Sequence record: NC_049827.1
Source: Escherichia phage damhaus
Strand: one strand, 5' to 3'
DNA: 51,154 bases
Shown piece by piece: positions 18,269-28,104 of the stretch. Each line of letters begins with the position of its first letter. Positions within the stretch are counted from its first letter, which is position 1. The translations under genes and the position numbers were made by a program. The notes under the pieces were generated by a model. That model saw only the letters and a list, made by a program, of their open reading frames with translations, did not search any database and was not told the DNA's origin.

Positions 18269-20431
18269 TTAAAGATTGTTATTTAAAGATGAAACAATGG
18301 CTTTCAACTCTTCAATTTCACTTTCAAGTTTAGAGATCCTTTCATCGCTTTCTCTGCAAACCTGCACAAGCAAGCCAGTTAAAGCCGAGTAATCAACTGC
18401 AAGATACCTTTCCTCGCCAAGAACGCGATCCCCATCAGTTGACGGGCCAGGTAATTCCTCATAATTAAATCCACCGCTTATTGCCTCCGGCAATGCTTCC
18501 ATTACCTCTTGTGCAATAACACCAGCGTAAGGCATACCATTTGATTTGAGTGTGTAGGTGTAACCATTAATCTTGCGCAGCGATTCAGTAGCGTTCTCAA
18601 TCTTCTGAATGTTATCTTTCAGAGTCCCATCTGAAACTTGAGTAAGAGTCGTACACTCAATGTTTCCGTTCATCTTCATCGTTCTTGATCCATCCTTGTT
18701 TTCCTGCACATAGTAGAAATAGCCATCAGGAACGCCCCATTCAATAACAGTTGGTCGATCAGCGCTACCCCATAAACGCATCGCCGCATCTTTTGCCGCA
18801 GACTTAACGTTGTGTAATCTGTAAGCCCTACCGCCATTAATCAATGAGATAACAGAGCCTTTAGAATCAATATATCCGACACCTCCCTTTGAATTTAATT
18901 CAACAGTACCATCTGCTTTCAAAGATAAGTTGTTACCTCCGCCACCGTCATTGTAAAAAGAAGCACCATTGTTACCAGTAATCCTGAATCCGTTACCACT
19001 AATTTCACCACCAAAAGAAACGTTTCCGTCTGGAGTGAGTGACATGCATCTTTTGATTAACTCTGAATTGTTTCTATAAGAATAGATCGCGTAATTCGGG
19101 CCATAAAAGCCAGCCCTAAAACCAGGTTGACCGTCAGCGAATAGGTAAACAGTCCAGCAACCACCACTAGATTCATCCGACGCACGTTGAATTTTTACCG
19201 CGTCTTGACTTCCTTTGAATAATTGAGAGCCAACAAAAGTGTTTGAAACATTTAGACCAGGAACATCAAGATTCTTTCTTGCTTCAGGAGCATTAAGAGC
19301 ACCAGTTCCTCCGCGAGCAACAGAAAGAGCAACCCATCCATCAGTATCATAAACGCCCCAACCAACACCGCGATCTTTCAATGAAAAGTAAGTGTTTTTA
19401 TCTGGGCATCTTACTATTGTTTCAGTGCTGTCTTGTTCAAAGCGATCAAGGCTTAAATTCTGTTTTGATTGTACAACATCAACCACGTCTGAAAGGTTCG
19501 CATCTTTGCGCATCATGTTTGTTGCATCCAACTGTTTTGCAAGTTCAGCGGCGCGATCAGCTTCATTTTTTGCAGTAGTCGCAGAAACAGCGGCGGCAGT
19601 TGCAGAAACAGCGGCGGCAGTTTTCGACGCATCAGCGGATTGCGCTGATTGTGCGGCCTGAGTCTTTGACGTGTTAGCGGCTGTTTCGCTCGCCTTTGCG
19701 TTTGTCTCGCTTGCCTTAGAATTAGTCTCGCTTGTCTTTGCGGCTGTTGCAGATGCGGCGGCGGATGTCTTGCTTGCCATTGCTGCATTCTCTGACGCTT
19801 TCGCGTTTGTTTCGCTGGTTTTCGCGGCTGCCTGGCTTGTCTTTGCCGCAGCCTCTGACGATTTGGCGTTTGTTTCACTGGTCTTTGCGGCGGCTTGTGA
19901 TGCATCGGAGGCGATCTGGCTTGCTCTTGCTGAATCCTGACTTGCCTTTGCAGCATTCTTGAATTGTTCCGCGTCATTTCTTGCATTAACAGCATTTGTT
20001 TCGCTTGTCTTTGCTGCGGAAGCGCTTTGCTTTGCTGATTCAGCGCCTTGCTTGACTTGATTTACAAGATCCTTCAATCCTTCAAGATCAAAGTCTCTAA
20101 AAAATTCAAGTGCATCCGCGATCTCTGTTTCTTTGCTTTGATAGTAACGCAATGTTTCAGCTACATCTTGAGCAAGACCATCAACAGTTATTGAGTCATG
20201 AAGTAAGATCGCGTAATTTGAACGGGTAACTACCGCGCCACCAGTTGTAATTGCACGAATGCTTGTATCGTTAATAACTTCAGTTATCACGGCAATCTGC
20301 AACGGCTGAGTTAAAAATACAATAGTTGCGCCAGGGCGAATGAGCGTTAGTTGTTCTCGCCATTTTGTGTCGTATCCAGTGATATAACCTTGAGCGTCCA
20401 TTGACGCTTGTCCAGTTCTGTAAATTGCCAT
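18269..20431 (-). CDS. lateral tail fiber protein with C-terminal intramolecular chaperone (peptidase S74-like)
   Basis: Start moved to Met34 with GGGAGA RBS; A/S/T-rich repeats [13 protein letters not shown]; C-terminal chaperone-like region ending in a coiled coil. Confidence 0.8.
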   Translation of the reverse strand: MAIYRTGQASMDAQGYITGYDTKWREQLTLIRPGATIVFLTQPLQIAVITEVINDTSIRAITTGGAVVTRSNYAILLHDSITVDGLAQDVAETLRYYQSKETEIADALEFFRDFDLEGLKDLVNQVKQGAESAKQSASAAKTSETNAVNARNDAEQFKNAAKASQDSARASQIASDASQAAAKTSETNAKSSEAAAKTSQAAAKTSETNAKASENAAMASKTSAAASATAAKTSETNSKASETNAKASETAANTSKTQAAQSAQSADASKTAAAVSATAAAVSATTAKNEADRAAELAKQLDATNMMRKDANLSDVVDVVQSKQNLSLDRFEQDSTETIVRCPDKNTYFSLKDRGVGWGVYDTDGWVALSVARGGTGALNAPEARKNLDVPGLNVSNTFVGSQLFKGSQDAVKIQRASDESSGGCWTVYLFADGQPGFRAGFYGPNYAIYSYRNNSELIKRCMSLTPDGNVSFGGEISGNGFRITGNNGASFYNDGGGGNNLSLKADGTVELNSKGGVGYIDSKGSVISLINGGRAYRLHNVKSAAKDAAMRLWGSADRPTVIEWGVPDGYFYYVQENKDGSRTMKMNGNIECTTLTQVSDGTLKDNIQKIENATESLRKINGYTYTLKSNGMPYAGVIAQEVMEALPEAISGGFNYEELPGPSTDGDRVLGEERYLAVDYSALTGLLVQVCRESDERISKLESEIEELKAIVSSLNNNL
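19550..19990. repeat. imperfect tandem repeats (about 39 bp) inside tail fiber gene
   Basis: Reiterated GCTTGTCTTTGCGGC-like units encoding [13 protein letters not shown]-type repeats. Confidence 0.6.
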
Positions 20432-20488
20432 GCGTTTTCTCCCATGTTGCATGTTAATGTCAATGCAGATAATAGCATTTGATAAGGT

Positions 20489-20511
20489 AAAAAAAAACCC
20501 CGCAATGCGGG
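20489..20511 (-). terminator. rho-independent terminator (minus strand) after primase
   Basis: CCCCGC-ATT-GCGGGG hairpin followed by a long U-run on the minus strand. Confidence 0.65.
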
Positions 20512-20530
20512 GTAAAAGTAGCAGTGACAT

Positions 20531-21463
20531 TTAGAGAAGAGATTCAGGTTTGTAAACCTTCCTCTCTATCCCTTGCCTGTAATTATCATTAATCGGCATC
20601 ATAATTTCAAGTCCTCTTTCCTCGGCAGCAATGATCGCGTCACGATCTGTGCTCTTACAGACAACTCGCATTCTTCTGTTGCCTTTATACCTGTAAGCTA
20701 CAATCTCAATGTTAGTTGCATCAAAGCAGGCCCAAACCTCCTGACCAGTTGCAAGGTGAATATGTTGCGCATCAATCCAGTCAACGCAAAGATAGATCGT
20801 CTTATCTGTGCTTCCTGTTCTCACAACCGACCCGCGCGTGTATTCCTTTGCGAGAAAAGACTGTTTACCTTCTTCATCAATGAAAAGCACATTGCACATT
20901 TCATCATCAATATCATCGGAATGTACCAGGTAACATGGTAACGCGTGAATGTATCGACCATCTTTAACGCCGCATTCATAATGGCCATCTTCAGGCGGGT
21001 ATATCCCTTCATAGGTGCTTAACGGCGTGCGATCAAATTTTAGTGTTTTTGACATAACGCGCTCGCAGCATTCATGGCTTGCCTGTTTCCCAAACGAATA
21101 ACCAGAATCACGAGATACTCGCTTATTTGCCTTGATCCTATAGTCCTGCGGAACTTTTCCAAGAAAGCGGCCCAAAATATTGATCACTTCGCTGTAAGGT
21201 TCTCCGGTTATCTTCATGATCCAACCAATTCCAGTATCGTTCCCGCACACGTTGCAGATAGCGCCGCCGTCGCCTTTTTTATCTCCAAGTTTATCCGTCC
21301 ATCTGAAGCGATCCTTTCCGCCGCAGTGGGGGCAAGATTGATGCTTGCCGTTAAAAACTTCATTTGGAAGACCGCAAATACTTTGTAGCGCCTCACGCCA
21401 TAATCCCTGCATATATGGGAGAACATCTTCCTTTTGATAAACCATAAAGTTTTCGTTGTTCAT
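20531..21463 (-). CDS. DNA primase (zinc-binding)
   Basis: Start moved to Met35 (GAGGTG RBS); CPHCGGKDRFRW zinc-ribbon motif near the N-terminus. Confidence 0.6.
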   Translation of the reverse strand: MNNENFMVYQKEDVLPYMQGLWREALQSICGLPNEVFNGKHQSCPHCGGKDRFRWTDKLGDKKGDGGAICNVCGNDTGIGWIMKITGEPYSEVINILGRFLGKVPQDYRIKANKRVSRDSGYSFGKQASHECCERVMSKTLKFDRTPLSTYEGIYPPEDGHYECGVKDGRYIHALPCYLVHSDDIDDEMCNVLFIDEEGKQSFLAKEYTRGSVVRTGSTDKTIYLCVDWIDAQHIHLATGQEVWACFDATNIEIVAYRYKGNRRMRVVCKSTDRDAIIAAEERGLEIMMPINDNYRQGIERKVYKPESLL

Positions 21464-21518
21464 ATGCACCTCAAACAAAAAAGCCTGACAGATGATAACA
21501 TCATGCCAGGCATTGTTT

Positions 21519-21992
21519 TTAGCAATTAGTGCTTTCAGGTTTATACAGGAATCCGCCAGGTTCATAATCTGACATTCTTACCACTCGCAACATTTCACGC
21601 TTATCACATCTCTTTGTGAGCGGTTTGCCATTGGAATCAAATCGCAGGTCTGGACGACAAAATGATGCGCGATAACCTTGACAGCCATACTTTTTATAAT
21701 CATTGTGCACCTTTTGAGCGCCAGCGGCTGAAATCATACCGCGAACGCGCCACTGATTTACAGTTTGCTGGCTAACGTTAAGACGTTTTGCCATTGCTGA
21801 TACACTTCCGTAATACTCAATAAGGATGTCAAGGCGCGCTTTTAGTCCGGCGCGAACTTCATCTTTTAAAACATAGTATCCTGTAGGGCGCTTGCGCTTT
21901 TTCTTATCTTTACCCCGTCGAGTTCCGTTGTTGCCATTAATTGTGCGCTTGTCAATCTTGCCAGTTGATACGGCGATCCGCTGTTCTTTCAT
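21519..21992 (-). CDS. HTH-domain DNA-binding protein (putative transcriptional regulator)
   Basis: 157 aa; predicted helix-turn-helix SVSAMAKRLNVSQQTVNQW; very basic N-terminus; divergent from helicase gene. Confidence 0.55.
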   Translation of the reverse strand: MKEQRIAVSTGKIDKRTINGNNGTRRGKDKKKRKRPTGYYVLKDEVRAGLKARLDILIEYYGSVSAMAKRLNVSQQTVNQWRVRGMISAAGAQKVHNDYKKYGCQGYRASFCRPDLRFDSNGKPLTKRCDKREMLRVVRMSDYEPGGFLYKPESTNC

Positions 21993-22081
21993 TATTCATT
22001 CTCCAATAGCATTTTTTGTTAAACGATGATTTAATGATTGTGTATTATACACGCCAAATGGCATTACTCAAAGGTTTTAGA

Positions 22082-24127
22082 ATGATTCCAAACATTGAAA
22101 AGCAAATATCAGCACTTGGTGAAGCGGTAATTAAATCCATTCAGGAGCGATTCACTGTTGGCGATATTGTGCCTTACCCTTACCAGTGCGTTGCATACGC
22201 TGAGATCGCAAAGCGTATGAAAAATTATGAGCATCCATTCTTTGTTAAAGCGTCGGTATCGGCTGGAAAAACATTGATGTTTGCAATGGTTGCTCACCAG
22301 TGCCGGAAAATGGGCTTGAAAATGATGGTCCTTGCTCGCCAGGCTGAGATTGTGGATCAGGATTCTGAAGAGATAACAAATCTTGGCGTGCCGAACTCCA
22401 TCTATTGTGCAGGACTGAAGACAAAAAGCGCATACTTTCCGATCGTTGTTGGTTCTGAGGGAACTGTAGTTAATGGACTGTTTAAAGCGCTTGGCGACTA
22501 TGTTCCTCACGTTATCGGGATTGACGAGTGTCACCAGGTGGATTGGGAAGACCTTGCCGACGCCATAGAGAAAGATGAGTCATTTTTACAAATGACGACG
22601 AAGAAAGGCGAAAAAGTACCAAATCCAGATTATGACATAACAAAGGGAAGCAGGAACAGAAATACAGAGTTCCTGATTGGTGAGGATGGCTTGCCAATGG
22701 AGGGAACAGGCCGCACGCAATACACTGTCATTATCATGGAAATGATGCGACGTTGCAGGAAAGCATACGGTCATGAACTGCGCATCTTTGGTATGACTGG
22801 ATCGGAGTTTCGCGGCGTAGTTCCAATACTGGTAGAAGATAAAAAGCAGAAAGGATTTTGGCGTGAACAGGTTACTAATATTGACACCAACTACCTGATC
22901 AAGTTCGGTTCTGTTGTTCCGACTAATTTTGGCGACGTTGGCGATCTTGGGTATGACCTTTCAGAGTTTGAGGCATCCAGTGAGGATGGCGTTGCAGACT
23001 TTGACGCTAAAACGCTTCGTAGGATGGAACAAAAAATTCATGAAGAAGCGACCATGACAAAGCGCATCATGGCGAAAGTGCACGAGATCTGTAAAAACCG
23101 TAACGGTGTACTTGTGACATGTGCAGGCGAAAGGCACTGTAAAGAGGCAGCGGCAGCATTGCCGCCTGGAACGACTTACAGGATCATTACTGGTAAGACT
23201 GGCGATAACCAGCGCAAGGAGTGGTTGAAAGAAGCATACGAGGGAAAGGTTAAATACATCTTCCAGGTGCAGGCGCTAACTACTGGCGTTAACGTGCCGT
23301 TTTGGGATACGTCTGTTATTCTGCGTAAGATTGGATCTCTTACGTTGCTGATTCAGCTTTTAGGTCGCGGAATGCGACTACTTAAGAAGTGGCATAAGGA
23401 GCAAGGATTCCAGAAGGATGATCATCTAGTCATGGATTTTTCAGGAACGATGGACGAGCTAGGGGAGCTTTATTTTGATCCGATACTGGAACAGGCGCAG
23501 CACCAGAAGCGATTTAGGAACGGTAAAGATCCGAAGCCTTGTCCTGTTTGCGGAACTCTTAACAGCTATTATGCTCGTCGTTGTATGAACGTAGATGAAA
23601 ACGGCAACAGATGCGAGTGGTTCTTTAAATTCAGGACATGTGATGATCAGATTGACCCGCGCACTAAAAAGATTATTCATCGCGGTTGCGGAACGAAGAA
23701 TGATATTGCGGCCAGGGTATGCAGACATTGCGACATGTCATTGATTGACCCTAACGAGAAGTTAAGCGGAAAGCACTACACAAAAAACGACTGGTTCCAG
23801 GTGCAATCTTTCGCGGTTGACATGACGAAAAACCAGAAAGGGATAATATTTAATTATGAGCTTTCCGATGGCATAGATACTTTCAAGGCGAGAGAGATAT
23901 TTTTCCCTGAATCTGAAAGCCAAATTTGTCGCGCAAAATGGCGAAGCGTTGCTCTTAAGCACATACCAGATCGCCGTGTCGCTGGCATGGTCGCGAGCTA
24001 TCGTAATGCACGTAAAATCATGCAATATGTGAATCACATTATGCCACCATCGCGTGTGACTCACCGCAAGACGAGCAAGGGCGAAGATAATTTGTATAAG
24101 AAGGAATTTAATTATGGCAATGACTGA
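22082..24127 (+). CDS. SF2 DNA helicase with C-terminal zinc-finger region
   Basis: Walker A (SAGKT) and DECH box (GIDECHQ); C-terminal CxxC clusters; start at Met23. Confidence 0.75.
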   Translation: MIPNIEKQISALGEAVIKSIQERFTVGDIVPYPYQCVAYAEIAKRMKNYEHPFFVKASVSAGKTLMFAMVAHQCRKMGLKMMVLARQAEIVDQDSEEITNLGVPNSIYCAGLKTKSAYFPIVVGSEGTVVNGLFKALGDYVPHVIGIDECHQVDWEDLADAIEKDESFLQMTTKKGEKVPNPDYDITKGSRNRNTEFLIGEDGLPMEGTGRTQYTVIIMEMMRRCRKAYGHELRIFGMTGSEFRGVVPILVEDKKQKGFWREQVTNIDTNYLIKFGSVVPTNFGDVGDLGYDLSEFEASSEDGVADFDAKTLRRMEQKIHEEATMTKRIMAKVHEICKNRNGVLVTCAGERHCKEAAAALPPGTTYRIITGKTGDNQRKEWLKEAYEGKVKYIFQVQALTTGVNVPFWDTSVILRKIGSLTLLIQLLGRGMRLLKKWHKEQGFQKDDHLVMDFSGTMDELGELYFDPILEQAQHQKRFRNGKDPKPCPVCGTLNSYYARRCMNVDENGNRCEWFFKFRTCDDQIDPRTKKIIHRGCGTKNDIAARVCRHCDMSLIDPNEKLSGKHYTKNDWFQVQSFAVDMTKNQKGIIFNYELSDGIDTFKAREIFFPESESQICRAKWRSVALKHIPDRRVAGMVASYRNARKIMQYVNHIMPPSRVTHRKTSKGEDNLYKKEFNYGND

Positions 24128-24533
24128 TAAAGGCGATTATCTGGAGTTTTACGAAAGAGATCCGACAGATACGCTAAAAGAGGAATCTCACCAGATCGGG
24201 GCGTTTCAATGGTTAACTTATGCTCATCCTGAATTACTGGCATGGCATACGAAAAACGAGGGCGACAAGGGGATCGCCACCGCAATGATGGATCAGCAAG
24301 CTGGGCTTGTTAAGGGCGTAAGTGATTTTATCATCCTGATTGGATTAAAAGGTCGTTACCCGTTCGCGGCAATTGAGATGAAGCGCGTCAATAAGTCCGG
24401 CAAGGGTAAGGCTTCACCAGTCAGCAAGGACCAAAAAGCCTTCTTGCGTCGTGTGCGTGAGCTTGGCGGATTCGCTGCCGTAACATACGGATATAAGCAA
24501 TTCATGATCGCTGTAGAATACATGATGAAATAG
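24114..24533 (+). CDS. VRR-NUC-like PD-(D/E)xK nuclease
   Basis: 139 aa with D...E-x-K pattern (GVSDFIIL...AIEMK). Confidence 0.55.
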   Translation: MAMTDKGDYLEFYERDPTDTLKEESHQIGAFQWLTYAHPELLAWHTKNEGDKGIATAMMDQQAGLVKGVSDFIILIGLKGRYPFAAIEMKRVNKSGKGKASPVSKDQKAFLRRVRELGGFAAVTYGYKQFMIAVEYMMK

Positions 24534-24549
24534 CACTTTTTGTTAAAAC
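24528..24549 (+). promoter_or_regulatory. conserved intergenic box copy
   Basis: AAATAGCACTTTTTGTTAAAAC; its TAG is the stop of the upstream gene; followed by a GC hairpin and CATAAT. Confidence 0.7.
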
Positions 24550-24607
24550 AGGCGCGAAGGATTGCGCCATAATAACGCCAGTTCAACAAGCAACAGGTAA
24601 TTAAGAA

Positions 24608-25309
24608 ATGAGTAAAGAAACTGAAGTGACATTTGAACAAATAGAACGCGAAACATTCATTGGCAATGCTCTTGCTACTGGTGGTCATTACCAGGCTGTT
24701 AAACCAAATCAATATTTCAAAGTGACTGGCAACCGCTATAACGGCAGCAATACGCCGGACATTGTGCGCGATTTGTGGTCTACTCCGTATGAGCTTGTCG
24801 CATGGATGGAAAGTGAATACGGTGATTATGACATCGACGCGGCTGCAAGCAAAGAAAATGCTGTATGTGAAAAATTCTACAGCAAGGAAACAAATTGCTT
24901 AAAGCGTTGGTGGGGTAGTAACAAGCATATATGGCTTAATCCACCGTACAGCAATATTACGCCATTTGTTAAGAAGGCGATTGAGCAAATGGAGCACAAC
25001 AACCAGATCGACATGCTGTTACCTTGCGACACATCAACAGGATGGTTTTATGAAGCGCAACAGCGCGCAGCGGAAATCATCTGGATCACTGGCGAAGTTT
25101 ACCAGGAAGACGGAACAGAATATTCCCGCACAGGACGCCTTGCGTTTACCTCTGCTCTTACAGGTAAACCAGTGCAGGGCAACAACAAAGGAAGCGTTAT
25201 TTTCATCATGCGCGAACTTAAAGAAGGTGAGCAGCAGAAAACGCGATACGTTAAAATCAGCGACATTTGCCCTTCGGTGGCAGACCGTCGCGCACGGAAA
25301 CGGAGCTAA
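24608..25309 (+). CDS. dam: DNA N6-adenine methyltransferase (T1 Dam-like)
   Basis: 233 aa with DAAAS and NPPYS motifs. Confidence 0.75.
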   Translation: MSKETEVTFEQIERETFIGNALATGGHYQAVKPNQYFKVTGNRYNGSNTPDIVRDLWSTPYELVAWMESEYGDYDIDAAASKENAVCEKFYSKETNCLKRWWGSNKHIWLNPPYSNITPFVKKAIEQMEHNNQIDMLLPCDTSTGWFYEAQQRAAEIIWITGEVYQEDGTEYSRTGRLAFTSALTGKPVQGNNKGSVIFIMRELKEGEQQKTRYVKISDICPSVADRRARKRS

Positions 25310-25313
25310 AACC

Positions 25314-25553
25314 ATGCAGAAAGAAAGAAGCGTTTATTTAAATGAAACTGGAGAGTGGTTGTTATTTCGCGCTATGGTTTGCGAGGCGCTTGATAAAAAC
25401 GATTTCATAAAGCCGCTATTAGGTTGCGACCCGTGGGAGTTTACAAGCGCGCTTGATATGAGCTTTGAGGAAACAAGAAAACTACCGCTTGAAAAATGGC
25501 ATGAGCAGATCGGTAAAGACTTGCAAGAGTTTTACGAATCCGCGTCAAAATAG
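25314..25553 (+). CDS. hypothetical protein
   Basis: 79 aa from an internal Met of track ORF 24966-25553; GGAG RBS. Confidence 0.5.
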   Translation: MQKERSVYLNETGEWLLFRAMVCEALDKNDFIKPLLGCDPWEFTSALDMSFEETRKLPLEKWHEQIGKDLQEFYESASK

Positions 25554-25569
25554 CACTTTTTGTTAAAAC
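25548..25569 (+). promoter_or_regulatory. conserved intergenic box copy
   Basis: AAATAGCACTTTTTGTTAAAAC overlapping the TAG stop; followed by GCCCGG...CGGGC hairpin and CATAAT. Confidence 0.7.
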
Positions 25570-25625
25570 GCCCGGCCTTGTGTCGGGCATAATTATTTCA
25601 TCAAAACGAACAAGAGGAAAACAAA

Positions 25626-25805
25626 ATGGTTGTTTACGATCCACGCGCTTTTAAAATTGCTCAAGAAGTTTCACGCGAATCTGTTGCTGGCGGTTCGGTT
25701 AACGGCTATCAGTTTGATTGGTCGGCAGCAATGACCTTGCTTAAGGTTGCATATGGTCACGCGCCAATTGAAACAGCGGAGGAATATTATAAGCATGAAG
25801 GTTGA
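25626..25805 (+). CDS. hypothetical small protein (59 aa)
   Basis: Below the ORF-track size cutoff; ATG preceded by the conserved leader ...AAGAGGAAAACAAA. Confidence 0.4.
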   Translation: MVVYDPRAFKIAQEVSRESVAGGSVNGYQFDWSAAMTLLKVAYGHAPIETAEEYYKHEG

Positions 25806-26037
25806 GCAAGGTAGGCAGGCTGTATGGGATCACGCAAAGGAATGCGGGATCGCAGAAGACATATCCAGGATAGCGAAATATTTTGATATTGCTGACATAA
25901 GCATTATCAGCGGCGACAAAATGACATTTCTCAATGAACGCCCGCGCAAGATGCATCGCGTCCCAGCAATACCAACAAAGATTGATTTCAAAGAGGCTAT
26001 GGCGAAAATTCGCGAGCCGCGCAAATACTACAAATGA
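25795..26037 (+). CDS. hypothetical protein
   Basis: Start at Met17 of track ORF with GGAGG RBS. Confidence 0.45.
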   Translation: MKVEQGRQAVWDHAKECGIAEDISRIAKYFDIADISIISGDKMTFLNERPRKMHRVPAIPTKIDFKEAMAKIREPRKYYK

Positions 26038-26133
26038 GGATTATTATCATGTGGCGTTTGTTACTTTTGCCCTTACCTGTTATGATGGCGATCTCTATTG
26101 TATACGTTGTCATAATGAGATAAGGAGAATTTT

Positions 26134-27267
26134 TTGATGAAGCAAATCAAAATCACAGATGAACAATTTATCAATGAGCGCAAGCAGGGAAAGACATATA
26201 AGCAGATCGCTAATGAGTATGGCATGAACGTTCGAAGCATTGAGCGACGTGCGGCACGATTAGCAAAGCAAGGTAAAGTTACAACCATCGGATCGCCTGG
26301 TTTTGGTGTTACTGGAGAATCAAAGCTAATTGATAAAGATGGCAATGTTGTTATGACATGGATTAAGACAAGCAAGGACCGCGAACAGTTAGAAGCATTA
26401 ATGCAGGCCGCTATGGATGCATTTAGCGAAGAAGTTCCGCGACTTGATCCACAGCCAGAATCACAAAAGGATTATAGCGAGACGTTATCACTGTATCCGA
26501 TATTTGACATGCACTTGGGCGCAATGGCGCATAAGCATGAATGCGGCGAGAATTGGGATACAGCAACAGCAGAGCGCGTAATGAATAATTTCATTGATTA
26601 TTCCATCCAGTGCGCGCCGGATAGTGAAAAGGCTGTTTTGCTGATTGGTGGTGATATGCTTCACAGCGACGGACTGGAAGCGGTAACTCCTGCAAGCGGT
26701 CACGTATTAGATCAAGATAGTCGATATGCAAAACTTGTTTATGTTGCTATCCGGTCGGTTCGTCGAGCAATTACAAAGCTGTTATCAAAACACAAAAACG
26801 TCGAGATCCAAATCATTGAAGGCAACCACGACCAAAGCGGTATGATCTGGTTGCGCGCAGCAATGGCGGCAGCATATGAGAATGAGCCGCGAGTGCATGT
26901 TGATGTGTCTCCGCGAGTAGTTCATCACACACAATATGGCAAAACGTTCCTGGCATACCATCACGGGCATACTATCCGCAAACCTGAAACATTGCTCATG
27001 ATGTGCGCGGCAGACTGGCGCGAAGATTTCGGCAATTCAAAAATGATGTATGCTCACGTAGGGCACTGGCATCATCAGACAGTAACTGAAACAAGCCTTG
27101 GCATTGTTGAAGTGCATAGCACTATGGCGGCAAAAGATGCATATGCGGCGCGCGGTGGATGGCGTTCTCGTCGCCGTGCGGCTGTTATTGTTTACGATAA
27201 AGAATACGGCGAAGTCGGGCGATTTATGCATTATCCAGAAATGGCTGATCGAACTTTTAATTATTAA
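26134..27267 (+). CDS. HTH-domain protein fused to calcineurin-like metallophosphoesterase domain
   Basis: N-terminal HTH (TYKQIANEYGMNVRSIERR); phosphoesterase signatures D-x-H, GGDMLHSD, GNHD, GHWHH. Confidence 0.55.
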   Translation: MMKQIKITDEQFINERKQGKTYKQIANEYGMNVRSIERRAARLAKQGKVTTIGSPGFGVTGESKLIDKDGNVVMTWIKTSKDREQLEALMQAAMDAFSEEVPRLDPQPESQKDYSETLSLYPIFDMHLGAMAHKHECGENWDTATAERVMNNFIDYSIQCAPDSEKAVLLIGGDMLHSDGLEAVTPASGHVLDQDSRYAKLVYVAIRSVRRAITKLLSKHKNVEIQIIEGNHDQSGMIWLRAAMAAAYENEPRVHVDVSPRVVHHTQYGKTFLAYHHGHTIRKPETLLMMCAADWREDFGNSKMMYAHVGHWHHQTVTETSLGIVEVHSTMAAKDAYAARGGWRSRRRAAVIVYDKEYGEVGRFMHYPEMADRTFNY

Positions 27268-27295
27268 AATATCAATATAAATCATCAATTTAATT

Positions 27296-27326
27296 GGGCG
27301 AGGCATTTTGCTTTGCCCTTTTTTTA
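27296..27326 (+). terminator. terminator-like hairpin
   Basis: imperfect GC hairpin followed by TTTTTTT. Confidence 0.4.
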
Positions 27327-27398
27327 TTCCTTTTTGTGCGTTCAATGGTTAGGATACAATCAATTAATTGTTGACTTTTATTTACAGGAGATCTAATC

Positions 27399-27614
27399 AT
27401 GAAAGATTTTTTAAACGCTGCAACTTCCGGCACTGGCGGCGCGTCAATCACTGGCGCGGTAACTGGTCAAACAACGATTGCAATAGCCAGCTTCGTTTTG
27501 ATGGCTGCATTTGGTATGTGGGGCGCTTATCTTCGTTGGCGTGATAGTAAGGCGCTACGTGACGCGCTTGAATGCGGTGATATTAAGAAGGCTATTGAAA
27601 TCAGGGGTAAATAA
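27399..27614 (+). CDS. holin (probable pinholin)
   Basis: 71 aa, single hydrophobic segment, charged C-terminus, immediately upstream of endolysin. Confidence 0.6.
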   Translation: MKDFLNAATSGTGGASITGAVTGQTTIAIASFVLMAAFGMWGAYLRWRDSKALRDALECGDIKKAIEIRGK

Positions 27615-28102
27615 TGAGCATAAAACAAAGAGTGACCGCTGCGGCTTTTGGCGTTGCTCTTGCTCTTACTTCTCCATTACTGGAGGAAATAGAAGGAGTA
27701 AAATATAAGCCGTACAAAGATATTGCTGGAATATGGACGGTTTGCGCCGGAATAACTGGACCTGACGTAATACCAGGTAAGACGTACACACAGAGAGAGT
27801 GCGATGCGCTACTGGCAAAGCATATCAAGATCGCAAAGGATGAAGTTGATAAGCGCGTGAAGGTTGATATTCCTGATACAATGCGCGCGGCAATGTATTC
27901 ATTCACGTATAATGCTGGCACTGGTGCTTTTAGAAATTCAACCATGCTTAAGCTGATTAATAAAGGCCGTTACATGGAAGCGTGCGATCAGTTATGGCGA
28001 TGGACCAAATACACCAATCCAAAAACAGGAAAGAAAGAAACGTCTAAAGGACTGCGCAACCGCCGCGCCGTGGAATTTAAATATTGCATTAAGGATCTGT
28101 AA
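27614..28102 (+). CDS. SAR endolysin (T4-lysozyme-like muramidase)
   Basis: Gly/Ala-rich N-terminal signal-anchor-like segment; E-x8-D-x5-T catalytic spacing. Confidence 0.75.
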   Translation: MSIKQRVTAAAFGVALALTSPLLEEIEGVKYKPYKDIAGIWTVCAGITGPDVIPGKTYTQRECDALLAKHIKIAKDEVDKRVKVDIPDTMRAAMYSFTYNAGTGAFRNSTMLKLINKGRYMEACDQLWRWTKYTNPKTGKKETSKGLRNRRAVEFKYCIKDL

Positions 28103-28104
28103 TT

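Noticed and set aside
19381-19995. ORFs in several frames across the tail fiber repeat region, including a Q/R-rich 160-aa ORF
   Set aside because: Generated by GC-rich tandem repeats inside the fiber gene; no independent start signals.
22016-22081. Upstream start for the helicase at 22016
   Set aside because: No Shine-Dalgarno before that ATG; Met23 at 22082 has an AAGG RBS and leaves a divergent promoter region facing the HTH gene.
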